The position numbers and the translations under genes were made by a program. This document shows positions 27,301 to 42,300 of a stretch of DNA of 64,000 nucleotides, in pieces. The stretch lies in contig NC_134025.1 in assembly GCF_964204645.1 (NCBI RefSeq), positions 22,610,299 through 22,674,298 of the forward strand. The letters are read 5' to 3'. The notes beneath the pieces are model-generated. The model was not told where the DNA came from, did not search any database, and worked only from the letters and a program-made list of their open reading frames with translations. This stretch comes from Tubulanus polymorphus (taxonomy: Eukaryota; Animalia; Nemertea). Position 1 is the first letter of the stretch; each line of letters begins with the position of its first letter.

Positions 27301-30300
27301 GCAGCTATATTGTATTTCACCTGCATGTTTATAAGTAGTAGTTCATTGCAGCGACAGGAACTAGAGTATCATTTTCATCTTTGAATTGATTCGGCAAGTT
27401 TCGAATACTGTTAGTGCGACATTTCTCATAGATTTCATTTGACAACGCAGTTGAAGGATGTTGATGCCACCCTAATTGTGATTGTGTATCGTATACTTAG
27501 CCGGCCATCGTGGTGTAAGGAAAGAAAAATTAACACTATCTTGGCCTAAATTGATTAGGTACGGGCCGCCTACCTGACAATTTCCTGTGCTTTTTTTTCT
27601 GTTCAATTAGGGCGCCGCTTATTCATAAACCGTGTGCGTAGCTCAAAGCATTGGTTTTTCATTTCCTGCCCGGTTATGAGAGATATGTCGGTGATAGTAA
27701 TTAGTTTGAATAATGCATGAGTATTAGTAGCAAAATGATTAATACTGAATCGGTTTTTGATCTCAAGATTTTCGGGTCGAATTCGAAATTTTAAAGTCTG
27801 AAAATATCGGCCATAGGCTAAAACCGTAAGAAATACGTCATTTGCCGAAATAAGCCTTAAGCTGGGGATACGCTGACTATTTTTTGTTTTATCAAAGTGA
27901 TCATTTATGAATTGTGCATTGAAAGATTTTGTCAGATTTTGTTATTTGCTCTTTTTGTTTTTGAAGTTAGACGAATGCAATATTTAACGCGATGCTTGAC
28001 CGTAAGCGAATTCTACCTTAGTAGACATTAGCCGCGATGACGCGGAGACGATTTGGCCCGGGCCAATTTGGCATGGAGCAGGCCCGAGTCAAATTTGGAA
28101 ATCGTGTTCACACATTAATCACTAACTCGATACTAAACAACACTTGAACATAGTGAAATGAGTCACTTCCGGAACCAGTTGCAATTCACATGCAATTATT
28201 TGACCCGTGCTAAAATTTGGCTCAGGCCTGGTCTGACGTTTTTGGTGGGGCCAAAATTGGGGCGTGTGTGAACAGTTGTTGCGGGGCCAAAAATGCTTGT
28301 GTGATCGCGCGGCTATTGGCATTTTTGTTGCAATATCTGTGGCAATGCACAACGACTATTTTTAGAAACGTATTTTTAAATGGAGAAACTCTGAATGGCC
28401 TATGATGTTAACTAATCTAATGAATGGAAAACTGTACATATAGACATATCTGTGTAGTGTGTGGCCAATATGCTGCCAGTGCGACAAATGTTGCCTCCAA
28501 CACTTTGGAAATTGGCAGAATTTATGGTTGGATAATAGCGGTTTTCAGGAAAATTTCAACCAGCTGTTAATATTGCGGGACAAAGCAGTTAACTAATAGC
28601 TACGCATACACCGGTGTAGGGAGATTTAATTGCGCCTTATTCCAGCCTGAATTGAATTCAATACAGGGAGTAAAACAGAACCGAGCTTCGACGTCGTCGA
28701 ATATCAGCTGCCCAGGTGAACTCACCACTTCACTACGACGACTACCATACATACACGCGCCATCCAACCTTCTAGACTCTACCGATGAAATAATGTTTAC
28801 TATTCAGTTCGTTTTTTCATAATGAACATAAATTTAGACGTTATACCACCCTCCTCTTTACTATATATATTTCGATTTAAATTTTCGCTCAATTCTTATC
28901 AAAATGAAATAGGCAGTCGATTCCCCAGTTGTTTATTGATTTTAAGAGTTAATATGTCTTATTCTCTTTCTTTCTCTGAACGTGGCCATCTATATCCATG
29001 ATCTATAGCTGCGATCACAAGAGCATTTTTGGCCGGGGAATTATGTCCGCCCAGGTCTGAGCCAAATTACGGGTCAAATTATCGAAATTGCTGCAGGTTC
29101 TGGAAGTGACTCACTTCACATTGTCGAAGCATTGTTTAGTATCGAGTGAGTAGTTTACATGTGAACGCGCTCGCTAATTGGGCTAGGGTCAAATTTAAAC
29201 TCGGGCCTGTTCCGTGCCAATTCGTCCCGAGCCACGCCGTCTCCCGTGTGATCGCGGCTTATACATGATTCTTCGAGTTTGAAATCTATTTAGAGAAGAT
29301 CCATATCAATTTGATTGTACTTATTTCTGATGTCTATGTGTGTGTGCGTGTGCGTGTTAAAATACATGTATATGAATTTAGAATTGCAATTCAATCAACC
29401 ATCGATTGAATATCGTGCTATATATATTTATATAAAGCCGCTTGTGCTTTTTGATGATGAACTGTAAATCTAATTTCCACATGTTCACCACGGTAGAGAA
29501 GATATATTCGTATTTTTGCGCTAAATTTATCGATGAACTGTCTCGTGTGTCGGCGTTCTGCCATCAAGTCGTTGTTGGGTCTTATTTTACCTGTCCTCGG
29601 TATTTGGTAACACGTCGCTCTCGCGTTCAATTTTTCTGCAGTTACCTCTGAACTAACTTCGACGGTACCTAACAACCGGTGAATTATTACTTTTAGGCTG
29701 TTTTCTTTTTATAAGTTTGGTTACGGATCCGGTTTCTAGGATAAAAAGAAATCTACTTTTATTTTTTGTTTGTTTTTTTTTAAATTATTTTCCGCGCCCC
29801 CTTTTTTGAAACATGAATATTGAAATAAAGATGAACATTTATAATTTTTCCACTGCTACATCATCTTTTGACATCACAAAAAAATGACCGTGGATTATGG
29901 TGTTCTAATGGATATATGTTAATCGGGTTCATTCAGTATATTAGTGCGACTTGCATAAATGGCGACAAAAAAAAATAATTAAAAAAGAATTTTTTCCCCT
30001 TCACAATTATTTCATGTCCATTAAATCCATAATCCAACTTGAAATAAAAAGCGGCCAAACTGTGTAGTCATCATTTTATAGCGAAATTATGTTTAGTGAC
30101 GATAACTTGCACTGAATTTTTATGGTTTTAATATTTGCAATATATGCCAGGTCAGGAGTATATATTTTCATGCTGCGTAGATGAAAATAATATGGGACTC
30201 AGATGTATGTCTCATCTTCGAAGGGGTCATTAAGAGTTTGTCATAGTAGGTTGGATCTTTTTCTCGTGATATGTAACTTTACTCTCATAAGCAAGGCAAG

Positions 30301-33300
30301 TGATAGAATCAGTTCAGATTTTGTTACTTTCAACCGCTGCTGCTGCTTCTGGCCCTGATTCGGATCATGCCATGTTTCGTACTCTGTTTTTACAGTTAGA
30401 ACATCTATGCGCATCTGCGATCAGGGATATTAGCCCTCTTTGTGCGTGGGCGGCTTGACGTTGGCTCAGCGGCTAACGTTTGATCTAATTTTAGCGTCAT
30501 GCGTCTTTTCTGAGCAGTGCAGCGTATAAATAGCGTGACATTTTAGTATTTTGCCCACAAAATAAAAAGCGAAACATGATGAAAAACACGGCACGTGTAT
30601 TTACGAAATACCGGCATTCACGGTGAAGGGCATCGGGCTGCAGAGATGCATATGGTATGAAGTGAATGATTCAACAAGTGTGTCAATAATTAAACATGCA
30701 CGCGTTATTCAAATTTGCCTTGGATTTAAAATGTTGCTCAGTGTAAGTACACTTGTGTATACAACTAAATGTATATATTGTCTTAATTATAACAAAACAA
30801 CAACTTATGATTCTTATGCCTTGACCAATCATATTACTACTAGTTCCAACGGGTAAGCAAACATTTGCTGTTATCGGGAAGACATTGATTCCTGCTTGTT
30901 CTTTAGAAATATTATGAACCTATTTCTAAGTTACGTTGGGTCTGCTGTGAATAAGATTGAAACTTTGCATTCGATGTTTTTTGAAAAAAAGTGTTTTTTT
31001 TTTATTACTTGAACAACATTGAAATAACAAGTGAATATAGATTGGCTTTCAGAATTTTAATGGGCTCGAATTTATTGGCCTACTATCCTTCTGACATTGA
31101 AGAATTTTCCTGATATTTTTGGCAAGTTAGGATTTCGAAAAACGAGTGAGGAGACTTGCGATAAACGAATCTGACGATGAACGAAAGATATTCTACACGA
31201 AAGTGTTCTTCAGACGCGCCTTAAAAGCGCAATAACGCGTAAGAAAATGACTCAATATTTGTAAACGTTTGAGCATAAAAGGCATCCCCCTTTCATCATC
31301 GGTTTATTTTAAGCTATGCCGTAATGGCCTAATACATTTGTACGATGATAGTTTTCAAAAAAAACTATCTCATATTCTCTCCTCTGGGCTACGTGGCATT
31401 GTTTTTACCCAATACTTGGTATCTATTGATATTTCATTTGTACCATTTTCTTCGGCAGTACGCTAAGAACTATGCATATACATGAGCGCTTCTTCGAAGA
31501 ATATTTCCATTTGATTTTCAATATGTAGGAGCTGAAAGGTGTATTTCGTTGTGCAATAGAACGTCGTTTAGAAACTGACCCCCCTGATATAGATTCCGAT
31601 ATTCAATGCGTATTTCTCATTTTCATCCCGATATTGCGTTCATGTATATTCCCCGTACTAGGCCTGCACGTATGTACGGTAAATTATTTAGTGCCTAGGA
31701 AAACATTTGAGTGTATATTTTTTTACCACCGATTTCGCAATTTTTATTGGGCAAACACCAACTCGATATGACGATGACGACGCCATTAGCATAACACCTG
31801 TTGATATCACGCATAGTTCAACCTACCCACCCCGATCGGGAACAGTCTACGCAATCCAATTGCGACAGCATGTGTGGCGCTTGTCGCTTTAGTTGATCTT
31901 TTCATTCGAACCGATGTGGCAGCACGCATTATGGGGCTGTGCGTAAACCGTACCTAGAATTGATGCGAACATTTTTCGCCGTAGTCGGCAATATTTGTTT
32001 CGAAAAGTTTTTTCGCCAGAAAAATGCGAGGGAATACGCGCGATAACGATGAGGTAGGCTTTTCGAGTGATGATGTGGCAATAGCAGATGTTTTTTTTTT
32101 AAATTTTTCAAAGCAAATGAAAGTTTTTGTCATTACCAACCATTTTCGATATCTGTATTGAATATAAAACTATAAAAGCAATGAAAAAGAAGAAATATCA
32201 TTTTTGGTATAAGTAAAAGATTTCGATAAGTGAATTTCGAAAATTGAGGAATTTCTAAAAGGAGTAGCTTTTCGATTCTATAAACGAATATATGCCATTT
32301 TTTCTGCGAATTTCCATCGATTTTCAGATGCTCTTAGAGATAGAATTCGTAAATCCGATGAAACGAAACTTATCTTTTTAGTTTTTTTTTTTTCACGAAA
32401 GCAGCGTTCGAAAGCGATGGTATGGACTTCGGCGACGTCATTTCGTCGCAGCACGAAATCAACCGGCTACGACAGGAAGTCCGGCGTTTGCAGACGGAAT
32501 CGGATCGTTGGAAGAATCTTGCGTCGTTGGAATCGCAAGTAAGTCGTAATCAGTTAAATTTATATGCCGCATTCGACTATCTTGGGAAATCTAGTTAGTA
32601 GAGCGGGCATCTGTCGCAATTAACAATGCTGCCTTCATTCTGCAATGCCGATAAACCGATGAATATTGGATTATATGTTTTGTTAAATCGGGCCCTTTTT
32701 TTCCTGTATACATGTACGTAATTTGTATGAGTAATTTTGATTTAAATAGTTGGAATTGCGACCGATAATTCTTCCCATGAATAGCCAACCACGCTTAACA
32801 ATCGTGGAAAATCGCGCATTTTGTTTAAATCATCAAAATTGCTAAGAAATACAAATGAAGCCTTTTTGAAAAATCTGTTTTCCATGCATATCATACCATG
32901 CCATTTTCTACATTGTGCAGAGTATTGAGGAAAAATGCTATAAGCAATTTTTTTAATGATTAACTTAACAGGATTGTTTGATCCTGTAATGACAGTTTGC
33001 ATATACGGGTATATTTTCATATAATGCGATTGCGCATTATCATAATCATTGGCCTATCATTGAAAGTAAAGATGAATTATGATACTGTTTTAGTTCACTT
33101 GAGTTCGTGTACATATCCCGTGACGAAAAGCGTGACGAAACACATGTTTGATTATATTTAACGGTCCAAAGTGAAAAAACGTAACCCTTGCATCCATTTC
33201 GGCTGAGACTCACGTGGTCTCGTGCAGCTGTCCATATATGTACATATACCATAATTTATGTGCTTCTATGGAATATTGACAGATATGGAATAAAAGCTAA

Positions 33301-36300
33301 CCAAGCAGGTGCAGTGGAGAGCTGCCACATCATATTCTATACAAATTAACCCTTTAGTCATTTGTCTTTGATCGCGCAGAAATCGAACCATTGTTTTTAT
33401 CGTTTGATGTTCTTTTTACGGACCTGACAGAAAAGAAAGTGAACATTCCGACAGCGCGCGCTGCTAGTACACGATGTCTTTCTGGTTTTGTAAGGAATTT
33501 CATTGATGTGCTCGGTGGATTTTCATCAAAAGAGACCATTTGACTTGACTTGATTTGACGTTATAAGGCGAAATGTGTTCAAGTTTTATCCACTAAATTT
33601 AACCAATCCCGACCATCAGTCATCCTCCCTCAGTAGGGATTCAATCCTGATGGCATCGCTAGATTCAGCCGCAGCTCAAAACCTTGCCACACTAAATCGG
33701 GTGCGCAGGTTCGCCACAACAAAACTTGTGGTGCCAATCAGATTGCCTGTTGTGTAATCGCTGAGGCAAATTTCATGGATAAACTGTAAATGGAAAGACC
33801 TAAGATAAAAAAAAACAGAATTTCTGATAGGCAAAAAATGACATCACCTAAGCTGCGCACTGGGTCTAGTGTGGCAGGGTTTCGGTACCGTGGCGAGTCT
33901 CAATGCCATCAGGTTCGAATCCCTGCCAGGGGAGAAGGATGACTATCAGTATTCAACAGATTGAATCAAACCTGATATGAAATAGTTATTTGAAAAACAG
34001 GCGTTGTATTCCTATTACAGACATACGATAACGTGCAAATTCGTGTGGGCTTCGGGTACTAGACTTGTGGGGGTGGTTTTGTAATCTGGATATGATGAAT
34101 GTTAACCTGATGCTCACATGTTTAATAAGAAGTTTGCAACTAAAGTAGCAACCGGTAAACAAAATCGTTGTAATAGCTTTTATTCAAGAAAATGATTAGA
34201 AGATTGTAATTCCCGGCAATGCCATCAACTTGTACACTGCATTCCTATTTTCTGAAGCCCAATTTTGAATAGCGATATGTCTAATTTTGGCCTAAGTAAC
34301 ATGAAAAAGCAGCACATTTTGGCAAACTTTTTTGGGCATGAGTAGCCAGCCTATTCTCTGGCTCTATGGTTCCCAACAAGTAAACCATACTTCAGCATTA
34401 CTACATAGTACTATGTATAGAAATCCATTTCTTTGTAGTGTCATAATTTCATTCTTTGTTGTCGTAATCTTTTTTTTAAAGAATAACCAGCGAGAAAATG
34501 AGAAAGGTGGTTCTAACAGTGTTTCCAGTGTGAACGATGACGGCAGATTACGGGACCAGATTAAGGTAAACTTAACCGCACTCTCGAAGACCCCATGCCC
34601 GCTCCGCTTTAGGCGGTACTTTAAATGATTATTTACATTCGGATTGGTCTTTGTTGTGAAATATGTCTTGTTAGACTTGCTATTTAAATATGCAGAGCAG
34701 ATCGGCACACAAAATGCTATAAAAGCCTTAAATATTTGCTCGCGGCTCTTGACGCGTCATTGGAAAACATGTAACTTCAAACATATTGTACAATTATGCA
34801 AGAAAATGGATAGTCTTGGGATTTTGCGAAATGATAAATCAGTCTAATAAACGATAAATGCTCTTATACGCATTGGCCGAGTATTTAGTAATCAACGCTA
34901 ATGAGTATGGATAAATATAACAACTCAATTAAGCCCAGCTATGCAACTAAATGGCTGTGTATGAATTCATTTTTTTCCAGTTTTTGTCGGATATCTACTA
35001 CAATTATACGAAGATCAAGGGCTACTTTTATCGGGGGAGCTTGATAATGTCCATAGAAAACGCATACCACTCATGAGTTATGTGGGGGCTAACCCCATCG
35101 TCCCAGAACAATCGATAGGTATATCGTAGTCGTTTCGTTTTCAGGATCTTCAACAGCGACTGAACGGTCAGATAGACGAACATCAACAGGAGCTATCAAC
35201 GCTTCAGAACGTGCACTCGCAGAAAATAGCGAATTTGAAAAAGCGCCATAAAAATGAAGTCGTCGAGTACGAAGATAAAATCGCCGAATTACACGAATTG
35301 CTCAATGGTAAGCTCAATTGTTACATTTCGCAAATGTGATTATTCGCTTACGTATAAACTACCTGTTGCTATTGATCGCTAACGTACGTACACGTTACAC
35401 GTTTTACTTGCCCTCACAAATAATTCATCGGCTCCACTTTCGTGACCGTGGCAACTTTGAGAATGTATTTTTTTCGCCCCTCTCGTGCGTCGAGAATAGG
35501 CGATCAAGTATTAATGCACAGGCGTGTAATTACCGGTGTTCGAAGGAAGAAAAGGCGTGCAAGGAAGGAAATTTGTTCTGTTCTATAGGGTAGGGTCATG
35601 CAGGAAATCAATGGTGTATGCCATTAGTGAAATTGCATTTTATTTTCGAACACACGGAAGTTTCATTCTTTGTAATTATAGCTTTTCATGAATCATAGCA
35701 ATGATATCATATTTACACACTACAAACCCGGACGGTTTTTGTATTATTCATAGATTCGCGTAGACAATGATTTTCAACGATGTATATTTCCTGCTTGCGT
35801 TACCGAAATTAATTTTCATGAACTAATTCTAGCTGGGCGTGCGATTGAATCGCGTGTAATACGATATAATGATTCCGTTTTTTCATGGCGTTTTCGCTGT
35901 CGACAGATGACGATGCGAGCAACGTGGGTGAAGACGACGGCGGTACACGTTCGAAACTGGTGCACGAGTTGCAGAAACTGCGAGACGAAAACAAGGCGTT
36001 TCTGGCGAAAATTGATGACTCGAACGACGACCTTCGAGGAGCGAGAGATCAGCTGCGGAATGCGATTGAAGAAAACGAGGCGACGCAGACGCAATTGAAA
36101 GAAAAGGAAAACAACTGCAAACAGCTGGAAGATGAGTTGAATGTCTGTAAACGGTCGATCGAAGAGCATCAACAGATGCGCGCGGAGCAAACGGTTCAAT
36201 TGGAAAAGTGTCGAGAACGACTTGACATCATCTCGTCGAAATTACGCGACAACGAACTGGAGTGGAACGCGGAAAAACATCTGTTGACCGATAACCTTAA

Positions 36301-39300
36301 ACGAACGCAGGAATCATCTGAGCAACTCGCGCGCGACATCGAACTAGTCATTAAACAGAAAGAAGAACTTCACTCGCAACTACGACTGCAGCAAGATAAG
36401 TCGGGCGAACAAGACATCTCGACTAATCAGCTTAAGTGTCAATTGGATCTTTCCGAGTCTGAGAATACGAAGGTGCGCATGCATTCAAAGAATCTATTTA
36501 TTACGTTGTTGTTAATCTATTCAAATATTGTTGCCATAAAATTCGCTCTTGAGTGCATTACTTAACGAATTCATGCTAAGCCCGTGAAACATGTGTGGAT
36601 GTATTAATCTACTATTTTTGTTCGATTAATATCCTTGCCTTCAGTTGGTGTCGCAGAATGCTGACCTTCACGCCGAAATTCATCGCTTGCAGGAAGAGGA
36701 AGAACAGTTGATACAGAGTAATCAATGCCTCGAATCTGAACTTCAAACTCTCAACGACCAACGAGAAACTTGGACGAACCACGCGTTAGAAATTGAACTA
36801 TTGAAGCAAACTATATCAGGTAAAGATGAAAAGATAATCTAAGATCTTACACTCAGAATACAGTCATTCGGTGCAATTTCGGTGAAAGCCGAGCTGATGA
36901 ATATGATTATAGATGAATATCATCATAGATGATTACATTTATATCTTAATTTCGATTGTTCACATCATGAAGACAGGTATAGGCCAACATATGTCACCTC
37001 CCCGTGGTATTCTGCGTTATACAGTTAGTCCGCCGCCTCCAAAAGTATGACTCATCGTTATCAAGATGGCTGACTGACTACGCAACACCTGGTACATGTG
37101 ATCGTATTTAAATTGTTCAATACAATATACATATGAGCACATTACTTTTACTATATGCAAATTCAACAGCTGTGCCTTAGATTAAAATTTATCTAGAGGT
37201 TTGTGCTGACTGCGTAGCACATTGAAAAAACCCCTTACTATTAGATGCATAGAATCATCAATGAATACAGAATTTTGTACGTCCAAATTTAATGTTGCGT
37301 GATTACGTAGGTGTTCCAGTGATGCTATAGAAATGACAAGAGTTCTTGGGACTGAATTAGATCAAACAAAAAGATGAAAACTAATTTTTTGGGCCTAGTA
37401 ATTCATTCTAATTGCCAGTAAATATAATACTTTATTCAAAATGAATTTCAATAGATCAAAATTCACATTCGGTGTGCTTCAATTATAGAATTCTAGTATT
37501 TTTACTTTTGGAAAAGTCTCTCCACAATCAACCGATTGAGAGTCATGATAGTTGACATGAATTTTCCAAATTTAGTAAATTAGTATGCGACGTACTGCAG
37601 TGGTCTGCACACAGGTGTTTGGATTAAGTGGTTGCAGCTGTACCGATATACATGTAGACTGTACATGTTGCTATTGAAGTGTCCCATTCTCATTGGCTGC
37701 CACGATTCGCGATATATTTGCTACTAGGCAAAACTGTCATAGACGCCTGACTGTTACGGAAATATAGATTTCCCATTTGAAATATATTTTTAGATCCGAT
37801 GCTTCATTCTATATGTATTATAGACATATTTATTTCATTGCATGTTCAACATATCTTTTTTTTTCTCAACTGCCTATAGTAAATAAGTGTAGGAGTTATA
37901 GATTATTTACAGTCTAGGTGAATCAATATCCAATTTGCCGCAGAAATTCAATTTAGATTTTAAAAAGATATTTCAATAAAGTACACATTTTTTCTAATCG
38001 ATCGATCTAAGGAACCAAATACTTTCAGTCGTAGACCTGAATTATCTGACTACTGTCGATGTTTGACATTACCTTATCTGATGGTACATTATGTTCAGTG
38101 CTCATTCTCTTTTTGTTTTATCCCAAATATAAGAGAACCTCTTTAAAATCACTGCCATTCATTGGCGTAGCCAGTATTCGAAATCCGCGTTGCGCTAACG
38201 ATGACTTATATGAATTTCGGTCTTGATTTTTCAGAAAACGAGGCGACTATTGGAGAATTGGAAGCATCTTTACAACAGGTGGGCGACGAATTGACAGAAA
38301 CACGTGTCAGACTCTTGACTGAATTGGATGCAAATCATGTATATACACCTGAGTTATATTCATATCTGTTTACACACGAGCTACCACTTACTACACACCG
38401 CTGCCCCATTCAAATGCCTGGCTTTATAAACTCTTTTGTGGATAAATTCTTATTTATTTACACACAGCAAACTTTCAGCAAAATTTTCATAGTTTTTAGA
38501 ATCTGCTTAGTCGGTTTTAAGCATTGACAATGCACTAATACGTTATTATTCATGTTTACTCTGCATTATTTCTATCAAAAGCAGATGAACCTTCATATCT
38601 AGAGCTTATCAGACTTAAGTTGAAATGAAATCAGGTATTTTTTGCTGATTGATATCGGTTTCTTCAATCATGAGCTTCTGTGATTTTGAGTTGCATTGTT
38701 TTCAGTTTCATAGCGATTACTGCATACAATTACTGCACAAGCCTGTGACTGCATCGCTTGAACTACTGTCACACTTTCTGGTCAACAGCCTCCATGTATT
38801 GACCGTGGTTTGTTCCCTATGTAATTAATCAGATTTTTTAAAGGAAAATTTATATTGGATCATACATTTGTATCAATCGAGCACATGTCAACCTATTATT
38901 ATTAAATCAATCTCTTTTGATCATAAGCGAATTGATTATCCCTAAATTCACGAAATGATTTATCGGGTTATAAAGAATCGTCAATGACAAGCTCGAGTTC
39001 AAAGCGAATATTGCCTAGAGTTTTAAGTTTTATGGCATTACAATTGACAAAAGACTGTCTGCTATATAAACGGTTTGATGCACGCGGTCTATGCCCTGTG
39101 GAAATTTTTCGAATCGTTCTATTTAGATGTGGTTTCCATGGTGTATCTCTGTGAAATCTCATTCTGTGACAAAATGTACATACTATTTTGAATGAATATA
39201 TCATGTGTATATATTATATATAACATGAAATCGAAATCGAAGAGATTTTAAATGGGGGTATATATTTCAGCCTTGCACAGGCGTTTCATGAATTGCATCC

Positions 39301-42300
39301 ATGAAAGTATGAGTACGAAATATTCTATTCAAATTTATTGCTCCAATGTCAATCATAGCTTCACATACTCCTCCCTGGTTTTGGTACTAATGCCGAGTAC
39401 ATAATTGTAGTCTCGCGTGCTGCTTTACTAATTAATAACAGTCAAAATTACTTGCGTTTCAATCATTTAGATTCTCACTTTGTGAGAAACGCGAAAATCA
39501 GTAACATATATGTAATTAAGTCTGTAGAGATATTTTCTATTCAACATGCTGAAATGTTTAATATTTCTCAAAAAATTTACCCATCCTTATTTTACCAGAC
39601 GGATTTTATTGATATTGATGAATAGATGTAAAAAATGTTCAGAATTCATGGCGGAATTCGTGGAAATTACGGTGTTTCATGAATTAATAATGTTTTACAG
39701 TCTGTTGCGTCGAGCACTTTGAAAGACATACAAGATGTTAAAGACCGCTTGGAAACGGACATGCTACAGCAACGCTCGCAAATTGCCCAGGAGAAATCTG
39801 AAATTATCAATCAACTCTGTGACCTAGATGAGCAGGTAAAAATGATTTAATCATTTTCTGGTTCAGTTTAATTCCTGGTCAAAAAGCTGGGGATATGTAA
39901 TAGGCAGTAGTGCGCTGATCATGGCTTTTTCTGTAAAACTCTAATAGTTACCACTTGAACACTACTACAGCGATTTAACTACTAGTAATACCTGCTCAGA
40001 TGAAGTTTTGACCAATTTTTGGATGGATAGGAATTTTTTACATTGAATTTGTCGCCTGAAGCTCGCAACATTGACTTTTTGTATTTGATGCGCAGAAAAC
40101 TGGACAGAAATTCCAAATCGAAGCATTAGACGCAGAGAAACAGTTAGTTTTAGATGAAACGGCGCAGTTGGTTGAAGGTATCGGAAATGCCGGTATGCAG
40201 GACGTCACGCAAAATCTCATATCAAATTTGGAAAATGAAAACACTTTGCTCAAGGATCGAGTGTCGGATTTGGAAAAAGTTTTGGCCGAATTCCAAGGAG
40301 ATAAAACCCGATCAGGTGAATTTGATATTTGATTTCGAACTCGAGAAATAAATCACGCGAGGAGTGTTCATTGCGTTTATATAAGTCCTTAAATGTTTGA
40401 AATAAATCAATGATCCCTCATTCATTGTTGAAGCGGAAAGAAAGATCTAATTACTTACATAATTTGATTTCTTTCAGATTCTAATCTCACTGTCTCGGGC
40501 TTCATTGATGAAAATATTGAACAACAAAGGTAATCATCCGAATGAATGTCATTGAGTCGGGATAGACAGTTTTAACTTAAACACTGAGGTTTACCTAAAT
40601 AGTGACTTCAGTTGCGATGGCAAAAGCATTTTTGGCCCAACCAAAAATGTGTGACCAGACCTGAGCCAACTTTTAGCACGGGTCAAACTATTGCGTATGA
40701 ATTTTAATTGGTTCTGAGGGATTCTCACTAAGCTTTGTCACAGCATCATTTTGTATTGAATCAGTGGTTTACATGTGGATACGCTCCGGGCCAAATCAGC
40801 TTTAATCCCTGGGTTAAAGTTAAAATTGTTGCCCGTTGTTCTACAGCCTTGTTGGAAGTCAATAGCTCGGAAACTAGACATTTCAGGTTTAGTTTCTAGG
40901 TCTGACAGCTTTTGGACTGGATGAGAAAGAGTTAAAAAGTTTAGAATGCGTAACCAGGAATATACTGATCATGTATTTCTCGATTCATGTTTTGCGTTTC
41001 TTTATTATTTAAGTGAATTTATGAGTACTCCCATTGGAAAGGGCAACTTGCCACTGCCGCTGCCACCTTCAAGCGACAATGATTCCTCCAACGGTCAGTC
41101 ATCGGTTGTTTCCGAACATTCATCGGATATTCGCGGCAACCATTCACTTGACGGACATGTGCGAGTTCTTGAGAACCAAGTGGAGAAATACGAACAAGAA
41201 ATTGAACATTTCGAAATGGTGCGTTGCGACTGGCACAGCGAGAAACAAGCGTTGGAAAACGTGTTGAAGCAATTGCAAAATAAAATTCGCGAAAAACAGG
41301 AATCTCTCTCTGTCGCTCAAGCGGAAAAGGTGAGCTCTACAGGAATATATCAGTGTATCATATGATAATTGTTGTAACTGCATCTAATAGCAATATCCAT
41401 AATACCTCATAAACCTTAACTACCCTTAAAAGTTTTTCTAAGATAGTTTTTAAACAAGCAAAAAGATATTACTTTTCCTTTCCTCTAATTCACTAAATCT
41501 GTCTTCGATTGTTCTCAATGATTTTAATTAGGAGCTGTACATTTCAATTACTGCTTTTTAATGCTAATGCTTCAAAAAAGTTTATTGCGTTGATGATTTA
41601 TGAAATTTTGGCATCTGATTACAATTTCGCACAATGTATTTGTTCTGTGTAGGGTCTTGTCACGGTAGAAAGTAAAGCGAAAGAGAGGAGGGGCCGCAAA
41701 AGAACGGGCTCCAAGCCGCAAGACGATTTGGTACGGTTCGCACCTTGTTTTCACTTTCTTAGATATGTCTATGAAAAATATCTCATTATAAGTTTTATTT
41801 CTATCTACTACGCATGAAAGAAAGTGAAAAATCTAAATATTTTTGTGGAATAAAGTAAAATTAGTTTGTTATGCCAATTATAAAAGGTCATGGTTATTTT
41901 TGGCATGAGCTCCTCAGGAAATTGAGTTACCTTGACAGACGGTATATTTAGATGTTTACTTAAGTTTGTGCGTATGATTTCAACATAAAAATGCTACTTT
42001 ACTACTGATTTAGACGCATTAGAAACGTAAAAATAGTTTTGTCTTCGCGATTTTGAAGTCCATTACCATAGTAACACAAAATAAATTTAGAGTTTAATTG
42101 AATGGTGCGTACGTATTCTTATTACTTGACTCTCTTCAAATAAAAAAAAAGAAGGTGACGATTGTGACAATTGCACGTGTAAAATAATAACAATTCAATC
42201 AATCAAACTTTACATTTCTTCCTTTCGAAAAGTGAAAATACATAAAGGTTTTCTTTGCTTTCTGTCGCTAATGTCTTTGTATGTGTTAAGCAACAATTTT

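Noticed and set aside
28693-28742. AATATCAGCTG (miR-283/216b-like start) inside GTCGTCG..CGACGAC
   Set aside because: The match ends after 11 nt and the interior does not pair as a pre-miRNA.
30525-30660. TATAAATA followed by ATGATG in TRIP11 intron 4
   Set aside because: The ORF stops after 16 codons and no in-frame phase-1 donor links it to exon 5.
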